Notes: generated by a model from the letters alone, not told the origin. A stretch of DNA of 64,000 bases from an uncultured archaeon (GCA_963799775.1 CAWCYD010000003.1:992001-1056000); one strand, 5' to 3'. Shown: positions 1 through 9,499, counted from the stretch's first letter. Program-made: numbers and translations.

Positions 1-2717
1 AGCATCGCCTCGAGGCCGCCGATGCTCCCTGCCTTGACTATGACCCCCACGTTGTCGCTTCTGCGCCTGAGGGTCCCGAGGTCTTTCTCCAGTTCGGCTC
101 TGAGGGCTGGGAGCTCGGAGTCTTCCTGGAAGGACATCACCGCTGTCCCTGGGATCACGCCTTCGAGGTCGGGGCTTACCAGCTTTACGCCGGCCGCGGC
201 GTAGACCTCGCCCACGGCCGTGAACTTGTCGCGAGGGTCCTTCATCTCGTCGAGGGCCTTTGGCATGAACAGCGCCTTGACCTTGGACTCGGCGATGCCG
301 TCTCTCTTCACCACCACTATCCTGTCGCCGACGTGCAGCGTCCCGTCGGTGAGGATTATGTTCGCCGTCTCCCCCATGCCGACCTCCTCCTGGAGCTCGA
401 GCACTATCCCCTTGGACCTCCCGAGACGCTCGCGCCTCCTTGCGAGAGCTTGGCGGTGAGGAACTGCTGCGCGAGGCCTATCAAGACCGCCAGGAGCTCC
501 GGTATCCCTACGCCGTAGCGCGCGGAGACGGGGATTATCGAGACCTGCTTCCGAAAGTCCTTGATTCGGTAGAACGCCTCCGCCTGGAACCCGGAGCGGG
601 AGAGGCCCCCGACGACGTTGTAGAGCTTCTCCTCCAGCTCGTCGTTCCACTCTGGAGGCTGCTGCTTCAGGGCGGCCGCGAGGGGTATGCTCTCCTTGCC
701 GGCCACTGTGTCCTTCCTCCACCCCTTGATCATGTCCACCTTGTTGAGGGCCACCAGGAACGGGACGTGCCTGTCCTTGAGGATCTCGATGCTCTCGAAG
801 GTCTGGTTCTCAAGGCCCTTCTGGACGTCGACGACGAGTATGGCGATGTCTGCCGCCGAGCCGCCGCGCATCCGGAGGTTGGAGAAGATCTCGTGGCCAG
901 GGGTGTCGATGACGAGCAGGCCTGGGATCCTCAGCTGGGCTCCAGTCTTTTGGAGTAGCGAGCCGCATATGGCCTCGAGCGTCTCCATCGGGAAGAAGCT
1001 AGCGCCAATCTCTTGGGTGATCCCGCCCGCCTCTCGGGCCTGGACGCCTGTACCCCGAATCTTGTCCAGAAGGGAGGTGTTGTGGATGATGAGACCGTTG
1101 GCCAAGAAATTATGGTGGTCTTCCACCGTGAAGTCAAAGACGTCGCATCCGCCCTCAATCGCCTTGAGGCCCGAGACCTGAACGCTGGCGTAGTTGTTGA
1201 CGGTCTCGAGGAGGACTGGATTCTGATAGGTCGGAGCGACCTCGGGGAGGCGCTTGAGTAGACCTCTGCTGATATGATTCAGCCCTTCGAGAGTGTTCCA
1301 CTGGAAGTGGTTTTCCCAGCTCACCTGGTGCGACCTCCGGATCTCCGCGAGGAACTCTCCTGAAATTGGGGTGATGTCGAAGATCCTGCTGGTCTCGGCC
1401 CTCTCGCCTCTTATCCTTGCAGCAAGCATCTTCTCTTTCTCTCCGAAACCAATCCGAGAGAGGAAGGAGTTCACGTTGTCCTTCCCGCTGATGAAGATCT
1501 CCCTCTGGTGAGAACGCTTGCCAAAGTAGGCGAGGCAGCCGAAACGCGAGAGGAGCATGGGGAGCTGCCTCATCAAGAGGGGGCTCTCGCAGCCGACGCC
1601 GATGTTCCTTCCTTCTTGCACGAAGCCTTCAGCATCGAAGAACCCTCGCAAGAATTTGGCGACAAGGTTATCGGGCATTCCTGCGATTATTTCCGGCACG
1701 TGAAGCGTCCTCGTCTTGTCCTTGGTGGGGTAGTCGAAGACCTCTGCGAAGAACCTGAGGAGCGACTTACCGCCTTTGTGCGAGATGATGTAGCAGGTCC
1801 ATCCTCCAGGCTTTGCTGGCTTGAACGCCGAACGCCTTCTCGAGTCCTAGGAAATAAAGGTCCATCAGATAGGGAGAGTTGTTCGCGAGGTGACCAGATT
1901 CGGCAACCCCGTCCCCATAAAGCAGACCCACGAGATACGTGAGCGCCTCGAACCCGGTCTCATCCTTGGGGAGCGATATCCATATTGAGTTGTGAGACGC
2001 CCTCTTCTTAGGTGAAGCGGATTTTATCCTGTCAATCTCGTCGTAAGCCCTCGCAGGCGGAAGGCCCATGAGTGCTACTACTTTCCTGAAAGTGCTCGCT
2101 CGGTAATATCCCTTGTCTGAGTGAAAGAGAAACTGGGGGTCTCCGACCAGTGCGCCGACCTTCGCCCTGCGACCCTTGGAAAAGGCCAGAATCTTATCGT
2201 TCAAAGACGCGGAGACCTTGATAAGAAAGACATCAGAGAGCCGCGAGAGAATCGATTCTTTAACGGCGGGAAGGCCCTTCGGCATGACTTCGACGCGAAC
2301 GGGGAGGATCAGGTGATCGCCAAGAGAGAGCTTCTCCGCCTCGACGTATCCTAGATTCCCAGCCTTTGACATCACCATGAACTTGTGCTCCGGAGTACAC
2401 TTTACTGAGTACCCGGCTTTCGTCTGGACCTCAATCATCTTTTCAGCGTGAAGCTTCCACACATGAGTAGCTCGCTTGGGTACCGTCTTGCCTTCTGGAG
2501 CAGTGGAGAGAAGGAACAGGTCGGTCGCCTCATAGGCGACTCCATCGGGACGCTGAATTGGATCTCCCGACTTGAATTTCTCGAAGATACTTGACGCGGT
2601 GCTGATGCGGCCGTCAGCTAACTGGACTAGAGTGTCGCCGCTGACGCATTTTCCGCTGTCTACGTGCCCCAGCACGACGACCACTGGTTGTCGGAGTTTT
2701 TGTTCTGACTGGGACAT
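1..2717 (-). CDS. infB: Translation initiation factor aIF5B/IF-2; contains an intein, has apparent frameshifts near 1798 and 412, and runs off the window start
   Basis: LRQPVVVVLGHVDSGK-[intein]-TSLLDKIRGT, REAGGITQEIGA, DTPGHE, NKVD; C-terminal frame GSIGGLEAM continues to position 1. Confidence 0.95.
1079..2648 (-). mobile_element. Intein with LAGLIDADG homing endonuclease inserted in the aIF5B P-loop
   Basis: Block A CVSGDTLVQLADG, block B CTPEHKF, LAGLIDADG motifs LVGLLYGDG and FLRGFFDAEG, block F/G VFDFTVEDHHNFLANGLIIHN followed by +1 Thr; span of 1570 nt implies one indel. Confidence 0.93.
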
Positions 2718-2788
2718 CGGAAATCAGCATTCATGGATGTAGCGAGCCCACTAGTAATTATCCCTTGCTCGGCCCGATGGGGCACCGC

Positions 2789-3205
2789 TCACGGATAGCC
2801 TATGGTCGTGGAGTTCGAGATGGCGACGCCTCCCTGGGACATCACGAAGATGGTCGCGCTGTATTGACCCGGGTTCACGCCAGAGATCACCAGGTAGACG
2901 GTCCCGTACTGGTCCGGTGTGAGGCTGATCGTCGATGTCGTGATGTAGACGCACTGACCGAGGTTGTTGTGGAGGACCAGCAAGGCCAATCCCAGGACGG
3001 TCGAGTTGAAGTGGTTCTGGAACGTCGCCTGGGCGGCCGTGAATATCCCCACGGATTTGAAGGTCACTGGAAAGGCGAAGGTCCACTGGGTGGTGCCTCC
3101 GACCACCGTCGCGGCGCCGACGGGCCTGGCAAAGAGACATGAGGAGACGAGCAGGGCGACGGCGATGGTCGCCGCGACCCTAGAGGACGGGTTCAACAAA
3201 TTCAA
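2789..3205 (-). CDS. Secreted/surface protein, small beta-rich domain, unknown function
   Basis: N-terminal hydrophobic signal peptide followed by a Thr/Val/Gly-rich beta-strand pattern. Confidence 0.6.
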   Translation of the reverse strand: MNLLNPSSRVAATIAVALLVSSCLFARPVGAATVVGGTTQWTFAFPVTFKSVGIFTAAQATFQNHFNSTVLGLALLVLHNNLGQCVYITTSTISLTPDQYGTVYLVISGVNPGQYSATIFVMSQGGVAISNSTTIGYP

Positions 3206-3311
3206 GCCGAACTTTCCGTGCTCTTATCCCTTGTGAGAGATGATGCCAGAAACAGCTTGCGCTAGGCTGTGAAAAATAAAAAAAGAGTGAAGAGAAAAGG
3301 CTGTGATGCCT

Positions 3312-4367
3312 TTAGCTCTTCGGACCGATTTTGATCGGACCCAGTGAGAAGCTGTACTCTTGCTGCTGAGCGAGGAAGGTGCTCTCCACGCCAGTGAGCA
3401 TGACCATCGTCTTCACTCGTCCTTCGAGAGTCGGGTCCACACGTGCGCCCCAGACGATCCTTACTCGTGGAGGCAGCGACTTTGTTACAAGTTCGCCTGC
3501 CCTTGTGACCTCCTCGAGTGTCACGTCTGAGCCGCCTGTCACGTGGACGAGGGCCCCTTGAGACTTGGTCACGTCCCTGATGTCAAGTAGCTGCCCTTCG
3601 ATGGCCTGCCTGATCGCGATCTCTACCCTGTCCGACCCCTTGGCCTCGCCTACACCGATAGCTGCAAGACCCTTGCGCTCACATATGGCGCGGAGGTCTG
3701 CGTAGTCGATGTTGATGAGACTGGCCGTGGTGATGGTCTCGGTGATGCCCTTGACGAACTGGCCTACCAGCTCGTTTGCAACTCCCAGCGCCTGCTGCAG
3801 TGGCAGGTCGCCTGCGACCTTGGACAGTTTGGTGTTGTCGATTGCGACGACGGTGTCACAGTACTGGCGGAGAACCTTGAGAGCGTTCTTCGCGTTGTCG
3901 TACCTGTATCTCTCGACAGAGAACGGCAAAGTCACGACGCCTATTACTAGGCGGCCCTGCTTCGCGAGTTCCTTGGAGAGCACCTCGATCGCTCCTGTGC
4001 CAGTACCCCCTCCGAGGCCTGCGCAAAGGAAGATGATGTTGCTGTTTTGTGTTTCTTTCTGGAAGTCGTCGAGCGACTCCCTTGTGGCTGCCGCACCGCG
4101 CTGAGGGTACCCTCCGGCGCCCTGGCCGTGCGTGAGCTTCTCACCCATGAGGATCCTGCGATCCGCCTTGGTGATGCTCAGGTGTGCTGCGTCTGTGTTG
4201 GCGGCTATGAGTTTGCCGCCGGTGATGCCTCTCTCCTTGATCCAGGAGATGATGTTGCTTCCGGCTCCCCCGACACCTATTACGGTGACGTTGGGTTTGG
4301 CCATCCGCATGACTGCGGCGATTTTTTCGGCTTCTATGAAGTCCATTCCTTCGTTAGATACTTCCAT
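3312..4367 (-). CDS. ftsZ: Cell division GTPase FtsZ
   Basis: GVGGAGSN, AANTD, tubulin signature GLGGGTGTG, T7 loop INIDYAD, VWGARVD. Confidence 0.95.
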   Translation of the reverse strand: MEVSNEGMDFIEAEKIAAVMRMAKPNVTVIGVGGAGSNIISWIKERGITGGKLIAANTDAAHLSITKADRRILMGEKLTHGQGAGGYPQRGAAATRESLDDFQKETQNSNIIFLCAGLGGGTGTGAIEVLSKELAKQGRLVIGVVTLPFSVERYRYDNAKNALKVLRQYCDTVVAIDNTKLSKVAGDLPLQQALGVANELVGQFVKGITETITTASLINIDYADLRAICERKGLAAIGVGEAKGSDRVEIAIRQAIEGQLLDIRDVTKSQGALVHVTGGSDVTLEEVTRAGELVTKSLPPRVRIVWGARVDPTLEGRVKTMVMLTGVESTFLAQQQEYSFSLGPIKIGPKS

Positions 4368-4380
4368 CGTAGCCTTGTTA

Positions 4381-4524
4381 ATGTAAATTTTTATAGAAAA
4401 AGGTTATGAATTCTGATAAGTTAACATCTTTCTAACGTTAAGTTAACGGGCCTCCTCGGAACAAGGCGTAAATTAACTTAGTCAAGCTTATATTCGGCGC
4501 TCGAGCGGACTAACTTAACGTGGA
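4381..4524. promoter_or_regulatory. AT-rich divergent promoter region with four TAAGTTA boxes
   Basis: TAAGTTA at 4417 and 4439 (+) and at 4474-4480 and 4511-4517 (-); 11-bp inverted repeat 4435-4445/4511-4521. Confidence 0.6.
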
Positions 4525-5094
4525 TTGACTAGTCCCGCCCCATCCGCATCACCTACAATCATCGAGTACCTCTCAACCTGGGTCAAGGACAAGGATGTCG
4601 TCAAGCGGAGCCGGATCCCCACCGAAAAGAAAGTCCTCGCAGCGGTGATGTGCGCATCGGGCTACACGTATAGGGACGCTTCCAAGATATTGGGTGGAAT
4701 CTCCCACGTCGCGGTCCACGACGCCTACAAGTCGGTCATCGCCGCCATGGCTCCCCTCGCAAAGAAGGACCGGACGGTGACGATCGAGGAGAATGCTGCT
4801 TATCTTAACAGCGAGACTCCTGGAGTGGTGTGGATGGCCAGGGACTTCGACACCGGCGAGATACTCTCCTTCCGATGCTCGGTGACCAAATCGCCTGCGG
4901 ATAGCAAGAAGTTCATCGAATCCGTCCTGGCTAGCTGCAACGACAGGCCCTTGTTGAGGGTCGGAAGAGGGCCTAACTTCCCACATTCTTTGAAATATTT
5001 GGACCTTTACTTCCGGATAGACACGACGGCCACGACGAAGTTCCGCCAGAGGATCAGCAACTTCTTCCTGGGCGGTTCCGAGCCGAAGAGCTAG
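4525..5094 (+). CDS. HTH protein with degenerate IS6-like DDE transposase fold, catalytic acidic residues apparently lost
   Basis: HTH GYTYRDASKILGGISHVAVHDAY; VTIEENA, VVWMARDFDTGEILSFRCS and KKFIESVLASCNDRPLLRVGRGPNF resemble archaeal IS6 segments (xxDET, W.A.D....EIL, KP.I.VDRGPWY). Confidence 0.65.
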   Translation: MTSPAPSASPTIIEYLSTWVKDKDVVKRSRIPTEKKVLAAVMCASGYTYRDASKILGGISHVAVHDAYKSVIAAMAPLAKKDRTVTIEENAAYLNSETPGVVWMARDFDTGEILSFRCSVTKSPADSKKFIESVLASCNDRPLLRVGRGPNFPHSLKYLDLYFRIDTTATTKFRQRISNFFLGGSEPKS

Positions 5095-5218
5095 ACGTCC
5101 CGACCCTGTCTCCCGCGTCAGAAACTCTGGGGAGGGGCCGGCCCCTTGCTCTAGAGGCTGCTGGAGGTGCCTATTCTTCGCCTGTGCCTGGGGCGCAGGG
5201 CTATCGACCGGAAGAACC

Positions 5219-5584
5219 TCACGCGGGTGGACATGCCCTCTGCAACACCTGTGTTATCGCCCTCGTCCTCGCCGTCGCCATCTCTCCATCCGAGCCGCAC
5301 CTCGAGTAGCAGTCGGAGGCCCTCTGCACGAAGAAGAGCGCCTGAGAGACCTTGCGGGGCACGGGAGACGAGTCTGACGCGAGGGTGAGCTGTCCTGCGG
5401 TCTCGTACCAGAGACCTGCGTTGGCGTCCTCGCCCATCTTCTCATAGTCGTCGGCTATCCATTCTGCGACGCTCTCCCACTCCGAGGAAGCCTCGATGTC
5501 GTCCAGGATTCCCATCAACGACTTTACGGCGTTCTTGTAATCGCCCGACTTTTCAAGCGCGAATGCTCGCGAGATTTGACCCAT
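5219..5584 (-). CDS. Hypothetical helical-repeat (TPR/SNAP-like) protein
   Basis: Repeated helices with A..Y..A spacing (GDYKNA, ADDYEKMG, WYETAG, ASDCYSRCG). Confidence 0.5.
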   Translation of the reverse strand: MGQISRAFALEKSGDYKNAVKSLMGILDDIEASSEWESVAEWIADDYEKMGEDANAGLWYETAGQLTLASDSSPVPRKVSQALFFVQRASDCYSRCGSDGEMATARTRAITQVLQRACPPA

Positions 5585-5676
5585 TGGCGAGCAGAGAATG
5601 CCTGCCCGCGTCTAAGATGGCGCCACTCAACTATTTTGGAGCAAGCGGTCAGGAAACCGTCAAGAATGAAGCGGAC

Positions 5677-6096
5677 CTAGCCGAAGTAGGCCTTGCTCTC
5701 TCTCTCGAACGACTCTTTCGAGTCGGAGGCGTGGATTGCGTTGTCCGTCAGGCCTATCGCGAGGTCACCCCTTATCGTCCCAGGCGAAGCCTCCCAGCTC
5801 TTGGTGGCCCCGACCATCCTCCTCACCGTGGCGACCGCGTCCATGCCTTGGATGATGGCTCCCACCGTCATCCCGCCCGAGAAGGACGCGACGAGCTCAC
5901 CGAAGAAAGGCCTCTCCTTGTGGACGCTGTAGAACTCCTCCGCCTTGGCCTTGCTCATGGTCTGGGACTTCACCTGGACCAGCTTCATCCCCCTCTTCTC
6001 GAACCTCCCAAGGATCTCGCCGACCAGGCCTCTCGCGACAGCGGCCGGCTTCACGACGATGAGCGTCTTCTCGCTGGGGTCAGGTTGAGATGACAT
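5677..6096 (-). CDS. ndk: Nucleoside diphosphate kinase
   Basis: EKTLIVVKP, HKERPFF, PGTIRGD, NAIHASDS. Confidence 0.95.
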   Translation of the reverse strand: MSSQPDPSEKTLIVVKPAAVARGLVGEILGRFEKRGMKLVQVKSQTMSKAKAEEFYSVHKERPFFGELVASFSGGMTVGAIIQGMDAVATVRRMVGATKSWEASPGTIRGDLAIGLTDNAIHASDSKESFERESKAYFG

Positions 6097-6107
6097 GGCG
6101 AACTATT

Positions 6108-6292
6108 CTAACGGACTGTGGTTTTTCTGCGAGCCCACTTTAGCTTGCGCGGTCCCTCTTCAGCTTGAGGTCGTTCACCTTGCACTTGTTAGAGCAGAAA
6201 CTCTTCGAGGACCCGTCGTTCATGACCAGGAGTATGCCCGTGCCGAGGTGCACATCCTTCCCACAGAAATGACATCGTTTAGGCGTGTACAA
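6108..6292 (-). CDS. rpl24e: 50S ribosomal protein L24e (apparent frameshift near 6152; not in ORF track)
   Basis: Manual translation MYTPKRCHFCGKDVHLGTGILLVMNDGSSKSFCSNKC...KRD(P)RKLKW. Confidence 0.9.
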
Positions 6293-6452
6293 GACAAGGT
6301 ATCACCGGGTTTCCTTGATTTGGAAACGAGGCCTCTTCGGATGTCCATATAAAGCTAAAGACGGCATCGAGCTTCTCTTCTAAGGCTCGCGCTGCAGGAA
6401 GCCCAGCGAGCCCGCAAAGATTGCGAGGACTAGCAGGAGCGGAAGAAGGAGA

Positions 6453-7526
6453 CTAAGGGCGCAGGAGAGAGACCGTGGAGTTGCCATAGTTCGTGACAAG
6501 GGCACCCCCGACCGCGGAATCGTAGACGACCTCTCTCGGGTCGTTCCCCACGGGTACGTTCGAAGAGCCAGAGGCAGATACTTCGGTGACAGTCGCGTTC
6601 CCTGAGTTGACGACGTACACTGTCGAGCCGGCGGCATCGGACGCGATGCCGATCGGGTCGTTGAACCCTCCCAGAGACCTCACGATCGTGGAGCCGTTGA
6701 CTACTATGACCGTGCCGTCCGTGTAGCTTGTGACGTACATGCTCTGGTCGTGCGGGTCGAACGCTACCCCGAGGAGATTGGAGCTCGGCCCGCCAAGCTG
6801 GAGCGTGTTGAGAAGGTCGCCGCTCGTGCCGTTGATGATGAAGACCGCGCCGTCGTTGTTCGTGACATACATGTCCCCGTCGGAGGGGTCGTAGGCGACG
6901 GCGAAGGGCAAGCCTGTGAGAGAGATCGTCTTGGTGACCGTCGTCCCCGAGATGACGTAGACGCTGTTCGCCTCTCTGTCGACGGAGTAGACCGTCCTCG
7001 ACGCCGGGTCATAGGCCATCCAGCCCGAGCTCGTTGGGACGCTGATGTGGGAGACGACCTCGCCGGAGGTCGTGTTGATGAGGGCGACCGAGTTGTTGCC
7101 GACGAGCGCGGTGTAGAGAAGCCCGTTCGCCGCATTGTAGGCCAGAAAGTCGGCCGGGCCGCCCGTAGGGATTTCGTTGAGCACATGACCCTGGCTGTCC
7201 AAGACCGCGACGCTATCTGCGTTGGAGACTGCGACGAACGCGTCACCGCTCACCGGGTCGAAGGACGACCCGTACGGTGCGGAGCCCAACGGGATGGTCT
7301 CGACCGTGGGTACTTCGGCGGTCGGTAGACTGGCGACGGACGAAGTTGATTGAGCACCGGTCGAGCCAGTCGTCGAAGCTTGGGGAGTCAGGTAGGCAGA
7401 CTCGATCAGTGCCACTCCAATCACGAACAAGATGGCGCAGACCACGAGGATCAGCTTTGTCTCGGGAGCGGGAGGGCGCTTGGGGCTCTCGATATCGGCG
7501 CGCATGTTGACCTGGTCAGGCCGCAC
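6453..7526 (-). CDS. Membrane-anchored YVTN/YncE beta-propeller protein
   Basis: TM helix, Ser/Thr linker, repeats such as AYDPSDGDMYVTN and VYVVNSGNATV. Confidence 0.85.
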   Translation of the reverse strand: MRPDQVNMRADIESPKRPPAPETKLILVVCAILFVIGVALIESAYLTPQASTTGSTGAQSTSSVASLPTAEVPTVETIPLGSAPYGSSFDPVSGDAFVAVSNADSVAVLDSQGHVLNEIPTGGPADFLAYNAANGLLYTALVGNNSVALINTTSGEVVSHISVPTSSGWMAYDPASRTVYSVDREANSVYVISGTTVTKTISLTGLPFAVAYDPSDGDMYVTNNDGAVFIINGTSGDLLNTLQLGGPSSNLLGVAFDPHDQSMYVTSYTDGTVIVVNGSTIVRSLGGFNDPIGIASDAAGSTVYVVNSGNATVTEVSASGSSNVPVGNDPREVVYDSAVGGALVTNYGNSTVSLLRP

Positions 7527-7564
7527 CGCTTGGGCGCTTAATTACCTTCGAGCGCTTCTCTCAC

Positions 7565-8845
7565 ATGGGGTCATCTCCTCACGAAATCAACGACAAGATA
7601 GTCCGACATGTGGTGGAAAATGGGGCTGACCTCGGATTTACGAAGTTCTTTTGGAAAGAGTGCGAGCCACTTCCGAGAGACGTCGACAACTACTCCAAGT
7701 TCGCATCAATAATCAAGGATTATGCGCGAGGGATTGACCCGAGACCAATGAAGATGGGAGTCGGGCTCGGGACATCTCAAGCGTGGGCATACATGGATGC
7801 AATGCCCAAACTGGGACACTATCTGAAGGCCTTCGTCGAGCTCGGGCCACCAATGCAAGGCAGACTCTGGCTTACGCTCGAATGTACTCATGGCTACGCC
7901 AATCCAATCGGCCAGTTCGTTCAAGTCCCGACGAAAATCGAATCATGGAGTGACGTACAAGGCGTCTTGGCTCAGATAACGCCGCTCGGACCGGAAACGC
8001 CAACCTTCAGCAGAGAGTATTTGTTTGGCTTCTTCCTAGGCATGCTAATCGGTGACGCGCACAAGCCTAAGCAAGGACGGGGTCACAGGCACGTCAACAT
8101 CACTTTGAGCAAGAAGTATGACACCAACGTTGCTATAGGCGAGTTCTCAAGCCGCTCGGCCCACCAACTCGGTCTTCGGATGGAGAGACGTCCAGACTTG
8201 CCCAAGCCAGAAGACAAGCCGCACGGCTTCTACATTTGGACATCCCAATCATCACCTCTAATCGATTGGATCTTCAACGTGGTACTCGGCTTGAACGATG
8301 GTCAACACACGACGTACGATGCTGTCCGGATGGATTGGGCCTATGAGGCCCCAATTGATTTTCGGCTCGGTCTTCTTCATGGAATCGCCGAGTCGGACGG
8401 GTCGGTGAGTGTGGCAAGTCAAACCGTCGAGTTCTGGGTCATACCCGATTGGGATTTTATGATCAAGCTGCTTGCAACTTTCGGTCTTAGGGGATTTCGG
8501 AACCGGGAGGCAGTTTCCCTATCGAAATCGCAGGCGATAAATTCATTCCAAGTTCCAATCTTCTCTCCCCATCTCCGGACCGTGCGGTATCAATCACACG
8601 AGTTGATGGCGACTACAAGAACTCTGGAGAAGAAGGAAAGGCTGCCCGAAGACGCTAGGGTGGACATCATGCGACTCGCCAAAGAGGGCATGTCGATTCC
8701 TAGAATCGTAGTCGAAATAGCAAAAACGAAGAAGCTTCTCGTTTCGTTTGAGGCTGCTCAGCGATGGGCTAAGAAGAGCGGAGCTTACAAGCCGAAGGGG
8801 ACTCGTGAGCCGAATGAGGAAGACTCTGAGTCGCGTCCCGAGTAA
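7565..8845 (+). CDS. Free-standing double-LAGLIDADG homing endonuclease-like protein with C-terminal HTH
   Basis: Motifs FFLGMLIGDA and LLHGIAESDG; HTH IMRLAKEGMSIPRIV...VSFEAAQRW; no intein splice motifs; codon usage less GC-biased than neighbours. Confidence 0.75.
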   Translation: MGSSPHEINDKIVRHVVENGADLGFTKFFWKECEPLPRDVDNYSKFASIIKDYARGIDPRPMKMGVGLGTSQAWAYMDAMPKLGHYLKAFVELGPPMQGRLWLTLECTHGYANPIGQFVQVPTKIESWSDVQGVLAQITPLGPETPTFSREYLFGFFLGMLIGDAHKPKQGRGHRHVNITLSKKYDTNVAIGEFSSRSAHQLGLRMERRPDLPKPEDKPHGFYIWTSQSSPLIDWIFNVVLGLNDGQHTTYDAVRMDWAYEAPIDFRLGLLHGIAESDGSVSVASQTVEFWVIPDWDFMIKLLATFGLRGFRNREAVSLSKSQAINSFQVPIFSPHLRTVRYQSHELMATTRTLEKKERLPEDARVDIMRLAKEGMSIPRIVVEIAKTKKLLVSFEAAQRWAKKSGAYKPKGTREPNEEDSESRPE

Positions 8846-8858
8846 AGTAAGACGCGTC

Positions 8859-9089
8859 TTACCTGATTTTTCTTGCCTCGCGCTCTGTGTCTCTCAACAA
8901 CAGGATGTCTGCGAGCCTGATGGGGCCTTTGACGTTCCTTGTGAGGATGCGCCCCTTCTCCTTTCCCTCTAGGATCTTGACTCTGACCTGGGTGATCTCG
9001 CCCGCGACCCCGGTTCGCCCCACGATCTGGACGACCTCGGCAGGGGTGATCGACTCTGCGCTCTGCCTGCTGCTGCTGGCGCCGCTCAA
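8859..9089 (-). CDS. rps28e: 30S ribosomal protein S28e
   Basis: [12 protein letters not shown]...RNVKGPIR...TEREARK. Confidence 0.95.
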   Translation of the reverse strand: MSGASSSRQSAESITPAEVVQIVGRTGVAGEITQVRVKILEGKEKGRILTRNVKGPIRLADILLLRDTEREARKIR

Positions 9090-9096
9090 CTAGGAC

Positions 9097-9499
9097 TCAC
9101 GCCTTTGGTGCTGCGGCCTGGGCAGCGCTTCTGACCCGCGCCAGCTCCTGGGTGACCTGGTCGAGGATCGCCTGCCCCTCTCCTGCCTCCGTCACAGCCG
9201 CGGCGGCCGTGGAGACGTCGATGCCTATCGCGGGGCCGATCTGGTCCTTTGAGGAGACGAAGACGTAGGGGATGTTCCTCTCGTCGCAGATTATCGGAAG
9301 GTGTGCGACGACCTCTGGGGGCTGGACATCCTCGGCGATTATCACGAGCTTGGCGAGGCCGCGCTCGACCGCCTTGGTGGTCTCGTTGGTCCCTTTCCGG
9401 ACCTTTCCACTTCTCGAGGCCTGTCTGATGAACCTCGTAGGCTGCTTCAGAGACCTCTTTCGGGGTCTCGAACTTTACAAAGTAAGGCTTCGGGGTCAT
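9097..9499 (-). CDS. rpl7ae: Ribosomal protein L7Ae (apparent frameshift near 9430)
   Basis: YFVKFETPKE; then IIAEDVQPPEVVAHLPIIC in the other frame. Confidence 0.93.
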
